IMG/VR virus record: IMGVR_UViG_3300037834_000014
Coordinates: 1 to 27,070 of that record
Origin: a virus
Taxonomy: Duplodnaviria; Caudoviricetes
DNA length: 27,070 bases
Strand: one strand, 5' to 3'
Within the stretch, counting starts at the first letter, position 1. Each line of letters opens with the position of its first letter. The position numbers were made by a program, and so were the translations under genes. Positions 22,836 to 27,070 of the stretch are shown here, one piece after another. The notes beneath the pieces were generated by a model. It saw only the letters and a program-made list of their open reading frames with translations, did not search any database and was not told the DNA's origin.

Positions 22836-24691
22836 CGCGGGCGTATCACACTGGGCGCATCGCGCCAACGCCCCCCCTTCGTTCCGCCGGTGACACGTAT
22901 CAAGACGGTACAGTGACAGGTAAAGTGCCCGGTTACGCCTCGGCACAAGAGCTGGCGGCGGCGAACCTGCCGGGCCTGCCTGCCACAAAGAGCGCGATGA
23001 TCCGCCGCGCGAAATCGGACGGATGGGCATTTATCGACCGAGTCGGACGCGGCGGTGGACGCCTCTATCGCGTCGCCGACCTGCCGGGCACAGCACAGCA
23101 AGCGCTCTTGCAACAGCGCATAAACGCGTCTTCAGGCGCGCCCGTCGGGCGCCCGAAGGGCAGCGATTATTTCACCCGCAATCCCGAGGTGGCCGCAGCC
23201 GTCGAGGCGATCCTCGCCAGCCGCCGCCTTGCGGCGCCCGGCGTTATGGAGCTGCTGCAGGACGACTATGTCACCCTGCCGTCGCTGCGCTCGCTCCGCC
23301 GCTTCATCGCCAAGGTCGAGGACGAACGGAAGACGGTCATCCTGTCGATGCGCGATCCCGACGCGTTCAAGAGCAAGCATCGGATCTCGATCGGCCGCGC
23401 CGACGCTAACACGACGCACGCGCACCAGATCTGGGAAATCGACGCGACCAAGGCCGACGTGATGACGACGGAAGGCCGCAAGATGATCCTCGGCCTGATT
23501 GACCGCTGGTCGCGTCGCGTCCTCTTCATCGTCTGCGAGTCTGAAAGCACGCAGGCCGTTCGCCGCTTGCTGGTCACCGCGATCGAGCGCTGGGGTGTCG
23601 TTCCCGAAACCGTCATGACCGACCAAGGCGTGGCCTTCATCAACAAGGCGATCGTCTCCTCCCTCGAACTGATGGACATCGAGCATTGGCCGTGCCCGCC
23701 CGCGTCGGGTGACAAGAAGCCGCACATCGAACGCGTCTTCGGCACCTTTCAGCGACAGCGCACCGAATTGTTCGACGGCTATCTCGGGCACAGCGTTGCC
23801 GAGGCTCAGCAGCTTCGCGCCAAGGCGCGCAAGGACACGGGCCGCCCCGTCATCACCGCCAGCATGTCACCCGACGAGTTGCAGGCTGCGCTCGATGGCT
23901 GGACCGACGGCGTGTACCACCTTCGCGAGCATGGCTCGCTCCGCATGTCGCCCATGCGCAAATGGCAGTCGTCCCCTGTGCCGGCCCGCAGCGCACCCGG
24001 CGCCGATGTTTTGCGCATGGCGCTCTCGGCCCTCGTTGGTCCGCGCACCGTCGGCAAGCGCGGCATCCAGTGGCAGGGCGGGCGCTATTGGGCGCCGTCG
24101 CTCGCGCCGTGGGTATCGCGTCAAGTCATCGCCCGCCGCGACGAGGACGATCTTGGTCAACTGCTAATCTTCACGCCGGACGGCCAGTTCATCGACGTCG
24201 CGGTCAACCACGGCCGGTCGGGCATGTCCGAAGCCGAGTTCGCAACCGAAGCACGTGCGCAGCAGGCCAAGTGGCTGCGCGAGCAGCGCGCAGACCTGAA
24301 ACAGCGATCGAGCAGTTTCAACTTTGAGCGCGCTCGTGACGCGATCTTGCGCCGCGACGCCGAAGCCGCGGGCAAGCTGGTCAACCTGCCGATGCCGACC
24401 CAAGCGCACTCGACACCCGCAATCGACAGCCTGTCCGAAGGCGCCGGCTCGGCCGCGCCTGCGCCCGCACGCCGCGAGCGCCCGGTCTCTGCCGACATCG
24501 TGCCGATGCGCAAAAGCCCGGCGACCAAGGTCCGCGAAGCCGACGCGATCATCGCGCGCGCCGAGGCTGGCGAACTGGTCGACGCTGACGAGCTGCGCCG
24601 CGCGCGCACCTATGCCGGGACCGCCGAGTACCGGGCGCAGCGCACCGTCAACGAGCAGCTCGCTCGCCCCGCCAATCAAACATCCGCTTGA
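22832..24691 (+). CDS. MuA-like DDE transposase
   Basis: N-terminal Mu-type HTH (AQELA..LPGLP..GW...GRGGG..Y...DLP). DDE residues in WEIDAT, TDQG and KPHIER. Mu-type C-terminal region. Confidence 0.93.
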   Translation: MTRAYHTGRIAPTPPLRSAGDTYQDGTVTGKVPGYASAQELAAANLPGLPATKSAMIRRAKSDGWAFIDRVGRGGGRLYRVADLPGTAQQALLQQRINASSGAPVGRPKGSDYFTRNPEVAAAVEAILASRRLAAPGVMELLQDDYVTLPSLRSLRRFIAKVEDERKTVILSMRDPDAFKSKHRISIGRADANTTHAHQIWEIDATKADVMTTEGRKMILGLIDRWSRRVLFIVCESESTQAVRRLLVTAIERWGVVPETVMTDQGVAFINKAIVSSLELMDIEHWPCPPASGDKKPHIERVFGTFQRQRTELFDGYLGHSVAEAQQLRAKARKDTGRPVITASMSPDELQAALDGWTDGVYHLREHGSLRMSPMRKWQSSPVPARSAPGADVLRMALSALVGPRTVGKRGIQWQGGRYWAPSLAPWVSRQVIARRDEDDLGQLLIFTPDGQFIDVAVNHGRSGMSEAEFATEARAQQAKWLREQRADLKQRSSSFNFERARDAILRRDAEAAGKLVNLPMPTQAHSTPAIDSLSEGAGSAAPAPARRERPVSADIVPMRKSPATKVREADAIIARAEAGELVDADELRRARTYAGTAEYRAQRTVNEQLARPANQTSA

Positions 24692-24707
24692 AAGAAGGAG
24701 AACGATC

Positions 24708-25478
24708 TTGATCGACCTATTGACCCGCCCAGTGCCGACGCCAGTCGCGCCCCGGCGCGGATATGCACCGCTCCCCAACATGGCACTGGCGTTGCAAACG
24801 ATCGTCGAATGCACCGAGGCCGAGGAAGACCAGCCTCGCATGGGCCTCTTCTACGGGAACAGCGGCTTCGGAAAGACCGTCGCAGCCGCCTTCGCCGCCG
24901 CGCAGACGGGCGCAATCTATATCGAGGCCAAAAGCCTGTGGTCGGTTCGCCCGTTGCTGGAGGCCATCGCAGAAGAGCTCGGCATCACCAAGCTGGAGCG
25001 CACCGCACCGCGCCTGCTCCGGCAGATCATCGACGAACTGAACCGCGCGCCGCGCCCGTTCATCATCGACGAGATGGACCATCTCGTCAAAAGGCAGATG
25101 GTCGAAATCATCCGCGACATTCACGACGCGACCGCGATCGCGATCCTGATGATCGGCGAAGAGGCGCTGCCGTCGAAGCTGAAGGAGTGGGAGCGGTTCG
25201 ACAACCGCATCCTCGTCTCGACGCCCGCGCAGCCGGCGTCGGCCGAAGACGCGCTGCTGCTGCGCGACCACTACGGCTTGAACGGCATCATAGCCGACGA
25301 TCTGGCGATCTATTTCGCCGAGCGCTGCAAGGGCGTCACCCGCCGTATCGTGAACAATCTGCGTGCCGCAGCGCGCACCGCCGCGACCGAGGGCGTCGAC
25401 ACGATCGACCGCGCTTGGTGGGGACCGCGCCTTGTGACCAACGGCGACATTCCGACGCGCCGGAGCTTGGGCCAGTGA
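24708..25478 (+). CDS. MuB-like AAA+ transposition ATPase
   Basis: Walker A GNSGFGKT and Walker B FIIDE. AAGGAG before the TTG at 24708. Confidence 0.92.
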   Translation: MIDLLTRPVPTPVAPRRGYAPLPNMALALQTIVECTEAEEDQPRMGLFYGNSGFGKTVAAAFAAAQTGAIYIEAKSLWSVRPLLEAIAEELGITKLERTAPRLLRQIIDELNRAPRPFIIDEMDHLVKRQMVEIIRDIHDATAIAILMIGEEALPSKLKEWERFDNRILVSTPAQPASAEDALLLRDHYGLNGIIADDLAIYFAERCKGVTRRIVNNLRAAARTAATEGVDTIDRAWWGPRLVTNGDIPTRRSLGQ

Positions 25479-25651
25479 CTGCACTCCGGCCACCCGTCCA
25501 CGTCAGCAAGGGCGAAACCGCGCGGCTCATCCGTGAGGCTGGTGGGCGCGTCCTGCATCTTCGCTTCGGCTACCGTGCAGTGACGCTGCATCCCGATTGC
25601 AAATGGCCGATCCCGCTGCTCGCCGCTTGGCGCGAAGGGGCTCGCGCATGA
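25475..25651 (+). CDS. Hypothetical early protein (58 aa)
   Basis: Coupled by GTGA and ATGA overlaps on both sides. Confidence 0.55.
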   Translation: MTALRPPVHVSKGETARLIREAGGRVLHLRFGYRAVTLHPDCKWPIPLLAAWREGARA

Positions 25652-26340
25652 CGGCAGCCGCCCTTCCGCGTTTTTGGCCGCCCCAACACTGGGCCGCCCG
25701 GCAGCGTCTGAACGACCCCGCCGAGGCCTTGTGGAGCGAGCTGCGCATTGCGCGCGGCACGATCGACGTAGTCGACTTGTCGATCCGGGCGATCGACCAC
25801 TGCGAGGACGCGTTTGCGACCCGTGGCGACGCCTTCCGGCGCTTCGATCAGCTGCTCGGCCAATGGGTCGCGCGCGGCCTCATCACCGTCATCGGCCACC
25901 CGGCCCGTTACAACCTTGTCAGGGAATATCAGCACTTGCGTTCGCCGCCGCCGCCGCCCGCTCCGCGTCCCTTGCCGTTCCCGAAGCGCACTCAGCAACA
26001 GCGCCTGTGGCAGGCGATGAAGGTTCTTCGCAACTTCGATCTGCCGACCCTGATGATGGCGGCGAGCGCGAGCCAGAGAGCGTCGCTCGATATGGTCCGC
26101 ATCCTCGAAGGAGGCGGCTGGCTGCGCGCGACCGCCAACGGCTGGACGACCGCCGCCGCGCGGAAATGGGGGCCGATCGTTCCGGCGATGCGCCGCGAAC
26201 AGACGAGCAGGGGCGCGGTGATGCGCGTCACCGATCACGTCACGGGCGCGATCGTCGATGTCCCGACGCGCCGCTCCGCGCACCGCAAACACAGTCAGGA
26301 AAGCACCGCAAACGGCTTCGCAGACGGGGGGGTAGGTTAA
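25648..26340 (+). CDS. Early protein, putative tandem winged-helix DNA-binding
   Basis: Two similar units (ALWSELR / RLWQAMKVLRNF) separated by poly-Pro. Typical of genes following MuB. Confidence 0.68.
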   Translation: MTAAALPRFWPPQHWAARQRLNDPAEALWSELRIARGTIDVVDLSIRAIDHCEDAFATRGDAFRRFDQLLGQWVARGLITVIGHPARYNLVREYQHLRSPPPPPAPRPLPFPKRTQQQRLWQAMKVLRNFDLPTLMMAASASQRASLDMVRILEGGGWLRATANGWTTAAARKWGPIVPAMRREQTSRGAVMRVTDHVTGAIVDVPTRRSAHRKHSQESTANGFADGGVG

Positions 26341-26342
26341 CC

Positions 26343-26750
26343 ATGTCGGGTAACGTTAATAGAATCAACGACTTGACCAACATCGACCGTGCCCGCGCGG
26401 CTTGGGGGTCGGATATGCCGCGCTGGGTCCAGCTGCTCGCCAGCGCCTGCGACGCCACCAACCAGCGCGCCGCCGCCGAACGGATCGGCAAGTCCAGTCC
26501 GTACGTCAGCCGGATCATCCGCAACGAGTATCCCGGCGACCTTGCCGAAGCCGAAAAGCTGGTCCGCGCAGCTTGGGGGCAAGAGGATGTCGTCTGCCCG
26601 CTGTGGGGAGCGATCCCTCTCGCCAGTTGCATGACGGCCCGGCGCCGCAGCGCACCGCCTACTAACCGCGTCCATCACATGCATCGCGGCACCTGCCCGA
26701 CCTGTCCGAACAACTCGGACGGGCCGGCAACCGAAGCGGAGGCCGCCTGA
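26343..26750 (+). CDS. XRE HTH regulator with Cys-rich C-terminus
   Basis: NQRAAAERIGKSSPYVSRI..Y.GD, CP..G.I...C and CPTCP. Confidence 0.8.
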   Translation: MSGNVNRINDLTNIDRARAAWGSDMPRWVQLLASACDATNQRAAAERIGKSSPYVSRIIRNEYPGDLAEAEKLVRAAWGQEDVVCPLWGAIPLASCMTARRRSAPPTNRVHHMHRGTCPTCPNNSDGPATEAEAA

Positions 26751-26866
26751 TGCGCCCCGCACCCGCCGTCCGCCGCGCGCAATGGCGCGGCGCCATCGTG
26801 GCCTTCGCATGGCTGTTTCCGCTCCTCGCCAGCCTCCTGTGCGGCGTGATGGTGGTGACCCCGTGA
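26750..26866 (+). CDS. 38-aa single-TM peptide
   Basis: TGATG-coupled. MRPAPAVRRAQWRGAIVAFAWLFPLLASLLCGVMVVTP. Absent from the ORF track. Confidence 0.5.
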   Translation: MRPAPAVRRAQWRGAIVAFAWLFPLLASLLCGVMVVTP

Positions 26867-26973
26867 TCGCGCCGCCGCCCGTCAGCCTGCGCCACCGCCT
26901 GCTGATGGTGATCTCGGCCGCCCTGTTCGGCCTCTTCATCGCCACCGCCGTCATCTTCGCTCCGCTCATCTGA
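26863..26973 (+). CDS. 36-aa single-TM peptide
   Basis: GTGA-coupled. RHRLLMVISAALFGLFIATAVIFAPLI. Confidence 0.5.
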   Translation: MIAPPPVSLRHRLLMVISAALFGLFIATAVIFAPLI

Positions 26974-26984
26974 AAGGAAATCCC

Positions 26985-27070
26985 ATGGGCCGCCGTAAAG
27001 CCGTACCGCAAAAAGCACCGACGACGCTCGACGAAGCAATCGTCTGCATCAATCGCTACCTCGTGATCGA
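26985..27070 (+). CDS. Probable Gam-family host-nuclease inhibitor (3' partial)
   Basis: AAGGA RBS. MGRRKAVPQKAPTTLDEAI resembles Gam-like N-termini and sits in the expected position. Only 28 codons are visible. Confidence 0.5.
   Translation, partial: MGRRKAVPQKAPTTLDEAIVCINRYLVI

Larger units (their letters stand above)
2276..27070. mobile_element. Transposable Mu-like prophage with siphovirus-type tail (continues past the right edge)
   Basis: MuA-type DDE transposase, MuB, Ner, gpI-, gpG- and gp36-like genes, and tail and lysis modules. TG terminus at 2276 with adjacent repeats. No sheath gene. Confidence 0.93.

Overview
GC-rich alphaproteobacterial DNA that looks sphingomonad. Bases 1-2275 are host: the end of a GT4 glycosyltransferase, a membrane protein, and a two-gene minus-strand operon whose first gene is interrupted. 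From a TG terminus at 2276 to beyond the window end lies a transposable (Mu-like) prophage with a non-contractile tail. Its layout is unusual. The late arm (protease/scaffold, capsid, head-tail, tail, lysis) runs leftward on the minus strand to the terminus. The immunity/transposition module (S24 repressor, ner, MuA, MuB, early genes, gam) sits about 20 kb inside and, apart from the repressor, runs rightward. Terminase, portal and late activator are not in the window. Non-coding signals read directly from the sequence: 13-bp-period end repeats; three copies of a dyad plus -10-like late promoter with identical spacing; a LexA box between divergent unknown genes; an inverted 16-bp operator pair flanking ner; a -1 frameshift site in the tail chaperone; and a structured 137-nt intergenic element. 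All product calls come from motif recognition and synteny, not database searches.
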